DNA from: Tubulanus polymorphus | Taxonomy: Eukaryota; Animalia; Nemertea | DNA: 64,000 bases | Direction of reading: 5' to 3' | Assembly: GCF_964204645.1 (NCBI RefSeq) | Contig: NC_134029.1 | Location: 23,864,950-23,928,949, forward strand | In this document: piece by piece, positions 11,401 to 27,837 of the stretch | Position numbering within the stretch: position 1 is the stretch's first letter | How the letters are laid out: each line of letters begins with the position of its first letter | Program-made: the position numbers and the translations under genes | Notes under the pieces: model-generated | Told to the model about the DNA's origin: nothing | The model's database searches: none | The model's input: the letters and a program-made list of their open reading frames with translations, nothing else

Positions 11401-14400
11401 TTAACGACCGAGATGGCCGCCCTCGGAGAAGCAGCCCAAGCCGGACAGGACGCCGCTGTGAGGTTGAAAGAAATAGAATCGGAAGCAAAAAAATTGCGAC
11501 AAGAGAACAATGAACTGGTTGAAAACTACAATAGTGAAAGGGTGATTACAAACACTAACAGCAGCTGTTTGAAAAGTATGTCAAATGTTAGTTTCTGTTA
11601 GTTCAATATCTCAGTGATGTATTCACAGGTATTGAGAAAGAAGTATTACAACATGGTTGAAGATATGAAAGGAAAGATTCGTGTATATTGTCGAGCTCGT
11701 CCGTTGAGTAAATCTGAAACTGGTCGCGTAAGTTTCACGGCGAAGTTTACATCAATGGGCAACCCGCATAACCAGCTATCCCACCAGATGGCGTGATGAG
11801 CAGCAGGGCGAAGTTTACATTAATTTGTTCGTCAATCTCATATTGATTTAATCGTTTATGTATTTCAGGGTAATGTGGCGATAATCAAATCTCCCGATGA
11901 ATACACTATCAACATCAATTCAAATCGCGGTCTGAAAGAATTCCAGTTCGATCAAATCTTCATGCCCGAGTCATCTCAGGAGAAAGTGTTTGAGGATACA
12001 AATGTAAGTACCGATCGTGATGATGAAATTAGAACGTCAAACTGATAATAGTAAAAACTGAAAAATTTAAAAGCATCAAAAATTTAACAAAAACTCTGAA
12101 TTTTGAGGTATGTTCGTCATTCCTTGAAAATGGTTTTTAGTTGAACGCATAATAGAAAAAACCGAAACTTATCAAGAATCCTAGAAATAGATTAAAGAAA
12201 ATTTGGAGTTCTTAATAAATTTTTAATATTTCCAATGTTTTGAGACTTTTTCAGTTTCGTGTTTATTGTGAATTTCTACCGTTCCATTAATGAGAAATGG
12301 CTGTAATGTTTTAATTGTAGAATCTGATACAATCTGCAGTGGATGGATATAATGTATGTATATTCGCGTACGGTCAAACCGGATCTGGTAAAACATTCAC
12401 AATGATCGGAGATCGAGAAGGCAATTTCCCGGGTATCGCTCCGCGAGCTTTCAACAGAATATACGATCTCATCGAAGAGAACAAGTAAGATTGAAAGCGT
12501 TATTCATTCGTGTGCGTTTGTATTCGATACTTTCATCGATTAATTCTCTCTGAATTTCAGGTCAAAGTTCACATTCTCGGTGTCTGTTTACATGATGGAA
12601 CTTTACAACGATAAACTGCTCGATCTGTTTAGTAAATCAGGAGCTCATGATGTAAGACTCCTTTCATTTACTAGTGACTTCTCAAAATTGATCCAGTGTA
12701 GCCTCTGACCTCTTGGGAAACTCTTGAAATTTGACATGCTTTTGACCACAGCTTTCTTTATCATGATTAATTTTAAACCAAGACATTTCTGCTGAGATAT
12801 TTGATGGAAAAATCGGTGAAAACTTAAGGAATAAGGAATCTGTAAAAGGAGGAAAGAGGCTAATCTATCTATACATTGTTTTTGAGTTTAAGCTGCATGT
12901 TCATTCCTCTTGGTTTTAGGATCGTATGGATATTAAGAAAGACAAAAAAGGTCTCGTGTTCGTTCAAGGTGCCGAAGTTAAAATTGCTGCCAATGCAAAA
13001 GAACTGAATTTCATCTTTGAGGAAGGGTCTAAAAATCGTCACGTCGCGTCTACTAGTAAGTCATTCTAACTTTTTATCATCACATCACTGCTATTCCTAT
13101 TCTCAGTTTGATAATTGTTTTACCATCGTTTATTAGAAATGAATGCTGAAAGCTCCAGATCACATTTGATTATCGGAATCATCATCGAGAGTACTAATAA
13201 ATCCACTGGTGCCGTCCTTAGAGGAAAGGTCTGTTAATAATGCACGTCGTCATCTTTTTTCAAAATAATCCAGGAATTTTATGAGGCTCTTTGTTACTGA
13301 TGTTTTACTGATATTTTCTATAGTTGAGTCTGGTTGATTTAGCTGGCAGTGAACGTGTGGCTAAAACAGAGGCCAGTCCTGAACAGCTTAAGGTAATGAG
13401 ATTGATTAACTAATGTCTTCTCAGTGTAGAAAGTAAAGAACAATTCCACAATTGACCGATACTTAACGTTTATCATTCTAATGGTTTTAAGATTTATCTA
13501 AATCTCATCATAAGAGAAACAGAAATGATAACTGTTTCTGTAAAGGCGAGATAAATCTCAAAACTGTCAGAATGACAAACATTTGGCATCATCTCAGATC
13601 GTTCATTACATTCTACACTGAGAATCGATCAGTTTATTGTGTCGTTGTTCGTCTAAATCTCATCATCAGAGAACCAGAAATGATAGCTGTTTCTGTATGA
13701 GGATCAGATTCACTTAAATCTCAAAACTGTTAGGATTATAAATTTAAAAGATATCATCAATTGGCCATAAGCTCGAGATCAATATGAAGAATACAGTATT
13801 CAGGGATTATCAATCGGAAACTAATGTTTATTTTGTTCGATATTATTTCAGGAAGCGAACTCGATTAATAAATCACTGTCTGCTTTGGGAGATGTGATTT
13901 CGGCGTTGTCGAGCGAACAAAGTTTCATACCTTACAGAAACAACAAGCTGACGATGTTAATGCAAGACTCACTCGGGGGAAACGCAAAAACATTGATGTT
14001 CGTCAATATATCGCCAGCTGATTATAATGCAGATGAAACTGTCATCTCTCTCACGTAAGTTCCTTTAACTATAGTAAACTTCGCCTAACTCCGACATCAC
14101 CAACTCATACTTATGTCCGATGATGTTGTGAGTTAGTATTGTGAATATAAGCTGTCCTGTCAACTGTATGACATTTACTGTGTATTCAAGTTTCATGATA
14201 ACATGATCATAACATTTCATATGACGTGCATTTTTGATTCTTGAAGTTTGTGAGAATAAATGAAATGTTTTGGTTATTTTACATATTATATGTTATTCTA
14301 AATATTATACGGTTGAAGGGTCAACTAACATTCATAAAACCTTGCCTAACAGTACTGCACGGACCAACTAATCACTGATCTCAGTTTATCCTGAGTTAGG

Positions 14401-14708
14401 TGAAGTTTACGGCAGTGAAAATAAATCGTTTGTCGTTGAAAGCCATTTCTTTGAATAAAGCTGTGAATTAAGAGAAGGCAAAACAATGTTTTCAGATACG
14501 CTTCGAGAGTCAAATTGATCACTAATGACGCTTCAAAGAACGCCGACAATAAGGAAATCGCTCGATTGAAAGGGGTAGGTTTACTGTTCAGTTGATGAAT
14601 ATTGGAGTAGGTAAAATCTCTTGTCAGATTTACTCATCAAGTTATGATATTTCTTTGCAGATAATTGACAAAATGAAGAAAGGAGAATCTGTTGACGAAG
14701 AGCTTTAG
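2487..14708 (+). CDS. Kinesin-14, calmodulin-binding type (KCBP / sea-urchin kinesin-C-like): long coiled-coil N-terminus, C-terminal motor; multi-exon
   Basis: Phase-consistent exons: 2487-2568, 2644-2732, 3101-3374, 3980-4185, 6440-6571, about 6952-7105, 7718-7797, 8049-8473, further stalk exons to 11541, motor exons 11629-14574, last exon 14661-14708. Motifs: [25 protein letters not shown]-loop [44 protein letters not shown], and tail [26 protein letters not shown]. The motor is certain; linkage of the first four exons is inferred from splice phase. Confidence 0.9.
4782..5741 (-). CDS. GT32-like (DxD sugar-binding) type II membrane glycosyltransferase, intronless CDS nested antisense in a kinesin intron
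   Basis: 319-aa ORF with an N-terminal signal anchor ([15 protein letters not shown]) and the motifs [30 protein letters not shown] and [10 protein letters not shown] typical of alpha-1,4-glycosyltransferase/Och1-like proteins. A splice acceptor (tttctag) lies immediately before the ATG. Confidence 0.85.
   Translation of the reverse strand: MKDSTLTMRTRYRNAVNYIGLFCAVFGIFYVINWSVNPAYRSQRIKAVHLIYYNFYQPTPHKQYIVPNIMHYTWPNDSSNRQFHFVHFLSVLSAYKFNKPETIYFWCEEPPRGKWWSETVLWIRNLKVKRIKTPREVLGMKLLRAVDRAFFMGLQVLFEYGGIYVDLNVMTLKSFAALRTYDTTMAMQYDEYLSNGIVIAKPQSRFIDLVYRSCDSNQVEADMKEQAYYTEKLPYGVALFHPELIHIETNMITFPNHCDFNQRNASCVREFDWKNNYCLNTYNQLYNEAQLDPDAIKRLDSEIGEIFRFIYYGKIDLID
6037..6188. repeat. Perfect tandem duplication, 2 x 76 bp
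   Basis: AGGCTTCTAGTTTGG...TATCATTACTG occurs at 6037-6112 and again at 6113-6188. Confidence 0.95.
7319..7407. mobile_element. Short MITE-like element (TIR approx. GGACCCAGTTCCACAGTT family)
   Basis: Termini CAGGATCTAGTTCCACAGTT and AACTATGGAACTGGGTCCAG. Related termini occur at 49043-49109 and 54782-54913. Confidence 0.6.
13418..13624. mobile_element. Intronic foldback/MITE-like hairpin
   Basis: Termini TTCTCAGTGTAGAAAGTAAAGAAC and GTTCATTACATTCTACACTGAGAA, with inner pairing AGAAACAG..CTGTTTCT. A partial second copy follows at about 13652-13735. Confidence 0.65.
14076..14410. mobile_element. MITE-like element in kinesin intron
   Basis: Inverted termini GTAAACTTCGCCTAACTC and GAGTTAGGTGAAGTTTAC. 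Confidence 0.5.
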
Positions 14709-15528
14709 TTTGGTAAACGCACAGTTCAGACCTTACGCAGACTACGAGTGGTTTAAAATCTCTTTGATTTAAGAGCTGATAGCCTACAGTATATGTTATG
14801 TTATATTCCTAAATGTAATCACATGTTTACTAGGAAACACACTCTGCCTATATGTATCTTTAGCTGATCTCACGCTTCATTTAACCGAAGTACTGATAGT
14901 AAAAAAATGATTATATAAATATTTAGCTGATGATTCATGTGCAATATGATGGTGCCAGATTTATATGAATTGGTTAACAATTCAATTCTGCAGTAAAGCT
15001 GACAAACATTTACTATTTGAGCAATCAAATCAATTCCGTCCACAATTATATGACATGTTGTAGTATTACTAATTTTAGATCAAGTTAATGTTCTATGATT
15101 GATCTCTTGATTTTATATCGATATCTTTTACAAAATATCATGTGCAATAATCATATGTGAAATGAGCCTAAAAGTATTGAAAACTGGTATTACAAATAAT
15201 GCTTCAATTAAAAGGTTTATCAGAAAGTGAATCTGCTGTGATGATTATTATCTGCTAGATGCAGTACATTTTCTGTATAAAATTGTTTAACTAAATCTTA
15301 TGAATAAAATCAAACACAAACCGCTGGTCGGTTTATTATTAGTTTAGTATTATTGTACACACAAACAATGTTTTAGTCTTCTAAATTCTTTGTTTCACAG
15401 AGACTCGACTCATACATTTCAGGAAACAAAAGGAACTTATTTCTCTCTGGGAATTTGATGAAACACTGGCAAATGGTGTGTATGTTGCCCGCAAATCGTC
15501 TTTTTTTCTCTATGCCTCTTGTCTAGTT

Positions 15529-16099
15529 TCTGTTTGGTCAGAGCTGGTCACTTGGTATGCAAATCATCCACATTCTTAACCCAAATCCTAGCCTCTGATT
15601 GGTCAGAGCTGGTCACTTGGTATAAACAGACTCCACATGCTTAACCCTAACCCTAGCTTCTGATTGGTCAGTGCTGGTCACCTGGTATGCAAATCATCCA
15701 CATTCTTAACCCAAATCCTAGCCTCTGATTGGTCAGTGCTGGTCACCTGGTATAAACAAACAGATTACCACATGCTTAACCCTAACCCTAGCCTCTGATT
15801 GGTCAGAGCCGGTCACTTGGTATAAACAGACTCCACATGCTTAACCCTAACCCTAGCTTCTGATTGGTCAGTGCTGGTCACCTGGTATGCAAATCATCCA
15901 CATTCTTAACCCTAATCCTAGCCTCTGATTGGTCAGTGCTGGTCACCTGGTATAAACAAACAGATTACCACATGCTTAACCCTAACCCTAGCCTCTGATT
16001 GGTCAGAGCTGGTCACCTGGTATAAACAGATTATCACATGCTTAACCCTAAACCTAACCCTACCCTCTGATTGGTCAGTGCTGGTCACTTAGTATAAAC
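15529..16099. repeat. Minisatellite, about 8.5 copies of a 65-72 bp unit
   Basis: Core TCTGATTGGTCAG(A/T)GCTGGTCAC(T/C)TGGTAT...CACAT(G/T)CTTAACCCTAACCCTAGCC starts at about 15529, 15594, 15659, 15724, 15794, 15859, 15924, 15994 and 16066. Confidence 0.95.
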
Positions 16100-16425
16100 G
16101 AACACTTTACACTGGGAAAGCTTACTGCTACAGAAAACTGGTAATTGGGTTGGAAATGGAAAAGATCGTGATTGCCGTGTGTAAAATCCTTCAAGCGTTC
16201 ATCATCTAAACCAAAAAGTCTTGCTCATTATGTTTACGATAGATTTTTATTTTTTTGACTTTATGTTAAAAACATTCATATATACATTATTTTTACCTCT
16301 TACAACATAATCAAATACAATTCCCTTTTCAACTAACTCCCCCCGAGATGCCGCTAGAGATATTTTACACTAATCATTCAATTCACTTTAATAAAATGCA
16401 GGATGAACAGAAATGTAAATAGTGT

Positions 16426-20624
<4,199 letters not shown>

Positions 20625-20947
20625 AGTGTTCGATTATTCCGCCAGATGGCGAGTGGAGATACGAGTCATTTAGTTTTGAATATTAACGAGTTTATATTTG
20701 TATATTCTTCTATTTACATACATTATCGTATGAGAAACTATCAAATGATGATGATAGAAGAATTAAAATGATTTTAATATATCTTCAAAGGAAATATGTA
20801 TTGATGTTTCAAATGAATTATTGAACTATTTTGACCGAGATAAAACGGACTTCAGTAGACTGGTTCCCTTGAGATTCACTTGCCATAGTAACCGTTGCAA
20901 GGTAGCGACGACCAAGGACAACGTTACGGACGGCGCAATACACCATC
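20625..20947. promoter_or_regulatory. Bidirectional promoter SMU1/ODF3-like with RFX X-box
   Basis: The two ATGs diverge about 320 bp apart. CTTGCCATAGTAAC (20879-20892) matches the X-box consensus GTTNCCATGGNAAC, upstream of a ciliary gene. Confidence 0.65.
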
Positions 20948-22411
20948 ATGGCAAATGAAAATCCAAAGGAAATTGTAATAGCAGCAAAAGAACGAGGTAT
21001 TCTTAAAAATAAACTAAATAGAGAAAGGCTCTATTGAAATTGATGTAATTCAAAACATAAATTTCATTAAAAATTAAGTATCCAACTTCGGGACTGGAGG
21101 ACTAGTCCACTGCGCTACGCCGGTCTCGAGGGCAAACTCATTTCAATCTTTTCATTCAGGGGGTATCGCCTCTTAAAACAATTATTCTTAAACTTTTAAG
21201 ACAGCAAGCGCCCGAGGGAGGATTTTATTCTTTGGAAATCTTTTTTCAGGTCCTGGTCCTGGGCGATATGGCCTTCCATCAACCTGTGGTTACAGTGATC
21301 ATGATTCAACCAAACGAGTTCAGCCGGCTTATACCTTTGGTCAACGAGTAAAAAATCTATGTTAGTAATTACTTATCGTCTTGCTTTCTGCATCACAGTG
21401 AAAATGTTTTTCTAATGTATATTAATGAGTCTTATCGTGAATAGGCCCTGTCGTTGGTATGATAACATTTCTTTTAAATATATTTTCGTTGTCAGATGCA
21501 AACGACTGTAGTCCGGGACCAGGTTATCACATTGAATCTTCTATTACTCGACACGGCAAAGACGGAACTCCTTCGTATTCTATTCTCGGTCGTCCAAAAA
21601 ATCTTAGTAAGTTAAATAACGGTTTGTAGAAATCGATAGATAATTAATTTCAGTTTATTAACGAGGTCACGAAGGTGGTAAATTCAAAACCAGAATTCAG
21701 GACGAATGATAGTTTTTGGGAAACAGAAAATGCTCAAAAAGACTCATAGAATTACTTAAATCAACTGTGTGGGTTTTGGCTCATTAAATTCTGCTTGATC
21801 AGTCACTTCTCGGTACGATGAACACAAATATCTATAGAGTTGCAGTCTTTCGAAGTTACCTCAAAAGTTTTAAAGTTGTAAATTATACTCTTTAGTAAAA
21901 ATCTATAAATTTCTCAAACTTATTTCCAGGATATGATAAAACTCCGGCTCCGGGCGCTTATTCACCCGAAAAGGTTCATCCTCAAGGAGAAACCCATGCG
22001 CCTGCTTATTCCATGTCAGCGCGTACTAGGTACCGTAAACGAGACGCTAATCCGTCACCGAATATTTACCGTCTACCTCCACTGGTCGGTCCGTATCAAC
22101 CGAATCGTCGTTCAGCGCCCAGCTATTCTATGACCGACCGCCCGATTGTCGGTGGTTTCGCCGAAGATCTCGCTAAAACTCCCGGACCAGGACGATATAA
22201 CAGCATCGAACCGAACACGATGAAGAGTCGAGCGCCGGTCTATTCGATGCTCGGACGCAGTTTTATGCCCGGCGACAACACGAAGAAACCGGGACCAGGC
22301 GCCTATCGTCCAGAATGCGTACATATCAACCGAGCTGCCCCGCCGAAATTCTCGCTCGGAATTCGCCACTCAGAATACGTCACGCCGTTAATCATCGAAG
22401 TCTCCGAATAG
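20948..22411 (+). CDS. ODF3: ODF3/SHIPPO1 (CIMAP1)-family axonemal protein with PGPG repeats; 4 exons
   Basis: Exons about 20948-20996, 21250-21360, 21497-21607 and 21930-22411. Repeated GPGPGRY, SPGPGY, TPAPGAY, TPGPGRY and KPGPGAY units, with P-x-Y/F-S motifs and C-terminal FSLGIRHSEY. Confidence 0.88.
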
Positions 22412-23120
22412 AAAACGAATGACGTCACTCATGCTGAACTTACAGAAAAAATTACATATTTATTTCATTCGATATTTATCATTTATACAGTATTTTGAGC
22501 TTTATAAACATGTACCGATACCCGAGTTAACTTTCATCCAACGTACTATGCCTTATTGTTACACGCAATTTTCTGCGCTTTCGAATAAACAGTAAATTAT
22601 TGAATAAATGATGAAAAATGAGATATTTCACTCCTTCAGTCGGATATAGATTCTCAACGCTCCAACGCTGCAACACAAGTTTGGAAAATCCTCGCAATGG
22701 TCCAAATAATGTTTTTATTGTTTGCGTGGAATAGGTGAAGGAATCATAATTAGTGAATATTACTTATTTGAATCAATACAAGGCCGGCTGTCACTGAAAA
22801 TCCATTTTATTCCGGAGACACATTGTGCGCATTGAAACCGATTGATCGATGCATGTTTTGTCCATTTCGGGACGTAATAACCTCATAAATTATCGTATCG
22901 TATCAATCGTTATTTCATCGAGTCCCGGTTTATATTCAAAGCTTTGATTTGAATCGACGATGCGAAGGCGATAAGAATATTCATCATCGTTAATAAATAT
23001 ATGATTGATCTTTACACCAGCTGGGTTTCCAGAAAGCTGAGAGAGTGCCGCTTTTATTGCATCGCGCCAATGACCATAAACAGTAACGAACTAGGGGATA
23101 ATCTATCAGTGAGATATCAG

Positions 23121-24875
23121 TCACACGGTCGATTCGGCTAACATAGTTTTCCTCAATTTATCTTTACGATTACAATTGCGTATCGATAGACAACAGATTA
23201 TCAACAATATCACCGATAAAACGCTTCCTACAACATAACAAGAACTTATCACCCAAAACGCGTAATTATACAACCACGGATCGCAATAGATCGGGTCGCC
23301 TGGTTCATCGCGAACAGCGTTAAATTTATTCTTCAAACGATATACCCACACATTACCTGCCAATAGAAAACAATACAGGCAACTATCAGGAAGAACCTCA
23401 TTTCCAACTGATATTCTATGTATCCAAACACACGAAGTTAGGCCATGAAATATCCAATATATAGAATCGTTTGATAATGATCAATTTCAATTTTGCTTTT
23501 TGGATGAAAATCTGGCAAGCGGAAAATCTTTCTTTCGTCACATTGTTAGTCATATAGTCTTATGTAAATACTGAGACATTTACTGATCGTGTATTTGTAA
23601 GTAAACATGTGTAATGGTCAGAGAGATTCAGGATTAATTCCGTATATAACTCACCGGCCACGAACACCATCAAACCGAGTATATTTACGAATGCCAGTAA
23701 GGGACACATTTTAAAGATGCAATTCGTCAGCGGAGTCGCGTGAGGATCGTTCGTACGGAGTGGTTTACATTCGAGTCTTTGCATGATAATCAATGTTATC
23801 ATCAGTACAGACGGAACTAATGTGACCAGTATTCCTGATATTCCTGCCACCAACATAAATATAGGAACGAACTTCTCCGCTGGACACTGGTCGAGATATG
23901 AAGTACCTACAACCAAAAATGAAACATGAAGATGCATAACTCAAAACTCAAAACGCAGCATTTTTTGACTACGTATCTTTTCACTTTTCAAACTATTTTT
24001 TAGTTTTTGTAACCAATTCATTTTCGCGATTGAATTGTGGCCCACTCACTCACCTACGATAAACATTGATATTGGTAATGCTGATGATAGACCTAGAGGT
24101 ATAATAATCCAAACTGAAATATATAACCGTATAACATATTATTAGCGGTATGGATGGATTGTATCCGACTAAATGTATTTGCTTTCGGTGCTTCCTATTT
24201 ACTCACAAGAAGTACATAGAATAGTTACACATCGTCGCAGGAATTCGCCTTTATCTTCCGATTCTTTTAGCGCTACCTTTATTCGTCTGAATATTGACTT
24301 GGATTTCGTCGCTTGATCTTAACACGAAGAAACAAATGGAAAACGTTTATATAGATTATCGATAGAAAAAGACCAGCACCAGCAGCAGCAGCCGAGAGTT
24401 CCATCTTAGTTTGAATCATCGTTTGGATCTAAACTATGTATTTTGAAGAGAAATTAATTATCTAACTAACTGTACCTTTAGTCAAGGAGGTATATGACTG
24501 TCGAGTCTTCATGTGCTGCATAATATGGTGACCATTTCCTAAATGCTGACTGTATCTCAACTGTGCCATATCCTCCAATCCCAGTTCACTTCTGCGACCA
24601 ACTAACGGACTTTGCTGCTGAAATTGTTCGCTTGTTGGTCGATAATCCCGAGGAGACAAATTCTCGGCAGTTTGATGGCGATATTCACGAGGATGAAGAT
24701 AATTCTCAGCCGGGTACTGACGATACTCTCTCCCGGAGCTGCTATCTGACGATAATTGATGCATTTGACGATATTCCCTCGTGAGGCTATCCGGTAATCC
24801 AGGCCGATACTCGCGTCCCAGGCTCGAACCTCTTACACCGCCAGCGTAAGCCGATCCGTAACTACTACTCGACAT
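23121..24875 (-). CDS. TMEM272-like 4-TM membrane protein, paralogue 1
   Basis: Exons about 24476-24875, 24206-24317, 24054-24113, 23654-23905 and 23121-23356. Motifs LPISMFIVG, QCPAEKFVPIFMLVAG, FVAGNVWVY and YCDPWLYNYAFWVI. Confidence 0.8.
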
Positions 24876-26683
24876 CGTTGGTAGCTGTAAGATGATCGTA
24901 TCGAAAAATTAAATTAAAGATTGTCTGAAGTTTGAACGCAATCCTGAGGTAGATATATACTAGCAAACGAGACTGCACAATTATAACTTCCTCCGTGCTT
25001 GTGAATTAAACTCGAAAGTGGTTTTAATAAGAGTCAATAAAGAGTCGCTCGAGACAAACTGGTTTTAATAGTGACTTTCCTAAATAATTCTCGCACAAAA
25101 CAAGTTCCCACCAATAGCATGAAGCGCATTAGGTCGATAGGTAAAATATTCATTTTTCAGAAAATCATAAATCATGGAATATTTCGGAATAGCTGCGCGC
25201 TGCGAATATTGCAGTTTCTGTTTAGCACGAATAGTGCAAATATATACAAGTACTTCGAGCTGGAAATCATTTACTGGTGCGAGAATTATCAAACAAACTA
25301 CAGCTCCTTAGAGGCTTTCGAACAAGATTAATTTCCAAAGTTAATCATCTTAATTTAGCTCATCTCGGTCATTTCCAGTTCCGTAAGAAACACGTTCCGT
25401 ATTCACATCATTCAGTTTTAGCTTACCTTGTCATTTTGTTTCGGCATCGAGGGTGGGCTGCCGTGCACTTGCAGTAGTTTTTCGCACTGCTGTTGATCCT
25501 GGTGTTCCCATAACGAATAATCCGGAATCATCATGGCACCACAGACCATTATATTACACTCCTAACGAACCAAACAACCGGCTACATAACACATAACACA
25601 CGTACGTGCATAGTGCTAATTTCGATCGTCAAATTGAACATCTAGAGACCAAATGTTACCATTTAATTGCTACAGCACACAATGATTATTTGAAAGTCGA
25701 AATCAGTTTATCAATGTATCCGTTGGTGTGAAAATAATGTGTCAGATCCCATGTGTAATAAGCGATCTATTTGTTTTTTGAGGACTTGTACACTAAACTA
25801 ACATAAAGATTAATGTAAATAATTGACCAGCTTGCGTACAGTGTATTAAATAGCGAAAATAACAAGTCAGCGAAAATTGTGAGTCAGCGAGATTTCACTG
25901 TTCGTTTCGAATACTACTTTCATAATTTTGTTGCCAGTCAGTTATGCTTTTTTCAGTGAACGTTACAATTACTTCTTGATCAATGGAAACAATAGAATTA
26001 TTGAGGTTTTTCTCGTTGAAATTAAAGTGCACAAGAAAATAAGCGGCCTGGTCATGGTTAGGTGGGCCTGGGCCTTCTAACTGTAATAATGTGGCTAGTT
26101 AAACAGAATGCACCGATATGCTATGCGGGGGTCTGTAAGTCATCCTAATTACTTTTAACGCGGACATTAAGGGACGTCACATATCATGATTATTTATTTG
26201 AAAGCCAAAATTGATAGGAATCCCCTTTATTGTAGCAGGGATTAAATTTCTACATGTATAACGTTTAATGAATACATCGTTAAATCGAGTCATGAAAATA
26301 AAAGGTGATTTCCAGGACTCAAGTTTTTTGGAGTGCCCTTTTTCATTTTGTTAATTAACATGGATGATTTGTGCATTTCAGTGCGGAAGAAGCCGGACTG
26401 ATATTGCCCTTTTGGGACTTGTCAAGTTCTTCATGATTAGCCCCTCTGTCCGAGAGTACACATCTAATGGTTGGCGGTCGGTTCAGCTTTTGATCCTTGA
26501 TTTCAGAAACTGGATTTCCCATGTTGCCCTGCAGCACACAGTTCATCCTCCAATACCATCAAAATCTTGCTGCAGTAAATGAATGACTAAAAAACGAGGC
26601 AATTCTTTTTCAAGATATGTTTATTTCATAAAATTCATAACTACAACTACTCAGTGGATTCTAACTGAAACGCACCCTCCCCC

Positions 26684-26758
26684 GGCTGGGATTCGACCCT
26701 GATGAGGCTGTCACTTTCGTGCCGAGTCCAACGATTCCATCAGGTTCGAATCCCAGCC
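26684..26758. repeat. Hairpin built from tRNA/SINE B-box-like arms
   Basis: GGCTGGGATTCGACCCTGATG pairs with CATCAGGTTCGAATCCCAGCC (21 bp, one mismatch); the right arm contains GGTTCGAATCC. Confidence 0.65.
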
Positions 26759-27811
26759 AACGGAGAATGAACTAAACCATATGCGCCGTCCTATATTTCA
26801 GTTTAAAATATCTTATTTTTTGTCCAGTAGTGATAGATAATACATGTATATCAACACTGAAAATGTCGATTAGTTTAATATGTGTTGAAATAAATAACTG
26901 CTAGTAACAAGACGGCTTTAACTCTATTCACTTCTATTACTCGTCGGATGTTCGAAAGTCTTACATTATAAATTTAGAAACACAAAATACATGCATTATT
27001 CATCTCATCATTTTGAAATTAACCACGATTAAATCGACTTTTCATAAACAATTCAAATTCTATCCTATGATTCAAGATCTAGACATTCGCCTACGAAATG
27101 AACTATTAGATGATAAGTGATATATTTCATCTTGGGTCAATATAAATAAAAATAAAGTGTATTTCCGAATTTTTTTCATTTGAAAGAACCTTGGTTACAT
27201 TTTGTATATAAATATAATACGTACAAAAATATTCTTTAAATTTAGACGTTTACCATCAACATAGAGAACATACGATACAGACCGACCTCCCCATCTATGA
27301 GATATCAAGCATTACAAACATAGGGAGAAGTAGCAAGTATTGATCCCTTCCCCACGGATCAGTAGGCTTTCCATTTCATTATGAACGGTACTATATCAGA
27401 TTTACATAAAATGGACAATCGAAAATTTTAGTTCTGAGGTAAAATATATGAACGGTTAATTTTCATATTCGTCAAAATTGCACGAAATAAATTGTCCTTG
27501 TTTACAAACAGTTGAAAGAATCTACTGTAATCCCGACTATCCAGTATCAAATATAGTAACATGGCCAGAAATTTTGTCAAGTCGGAAAATCTCAGGTTTC
27601 AAACGCGTTTTAATCGCAATTAAATCTTCAAATACGGAGTATGATCGCACGACATCTAACGATCAAGTTCAATCATTTACGAAAATCATTCACATCTAGA
27701 AGAGATTTATAGAGAAACGCTTCCCATTTTAACAGGAGGATAACATGCATAGGTTTTCATAGTTTCACGACAACATTCCAGGAAAAAATCTCACGCATTG
27801 AAATATAGGTT

Positions 27812-27837
27812 GTATATATATATATATATATATATAT
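27812..27837. repeat. (TA)n microsatellite
   Basis: Run of about 12 TA units. Confidence 0.9.

Noticed and set aside
8008-11510. Minus-strand ORFs (8008-8364, 10920-11510 and others)
   Set aside because: Antisense shadows of kinesin coiled-coil exons.
15640-16062. Telomere or telomerase RNA template (CCCTAA)
   Set aside because: Only about two hexamers per unit, embedded in an interstitial minisatellite; no supporting RNA structure is visible.
15529-16099. CRISPR-like array (constant repeat plus variable spacer)
   Set aside because: The variable parts are homologous and recur periodically, the context is eukaryotic, and there are no cas genes. It is a minisatellite.
26684-26758. tRNA gene or hammerhead ribozyme (CTGATGAG)
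   Set aside because: No cloverleaf or D-arm, and no downstream GAAA core in the right position.
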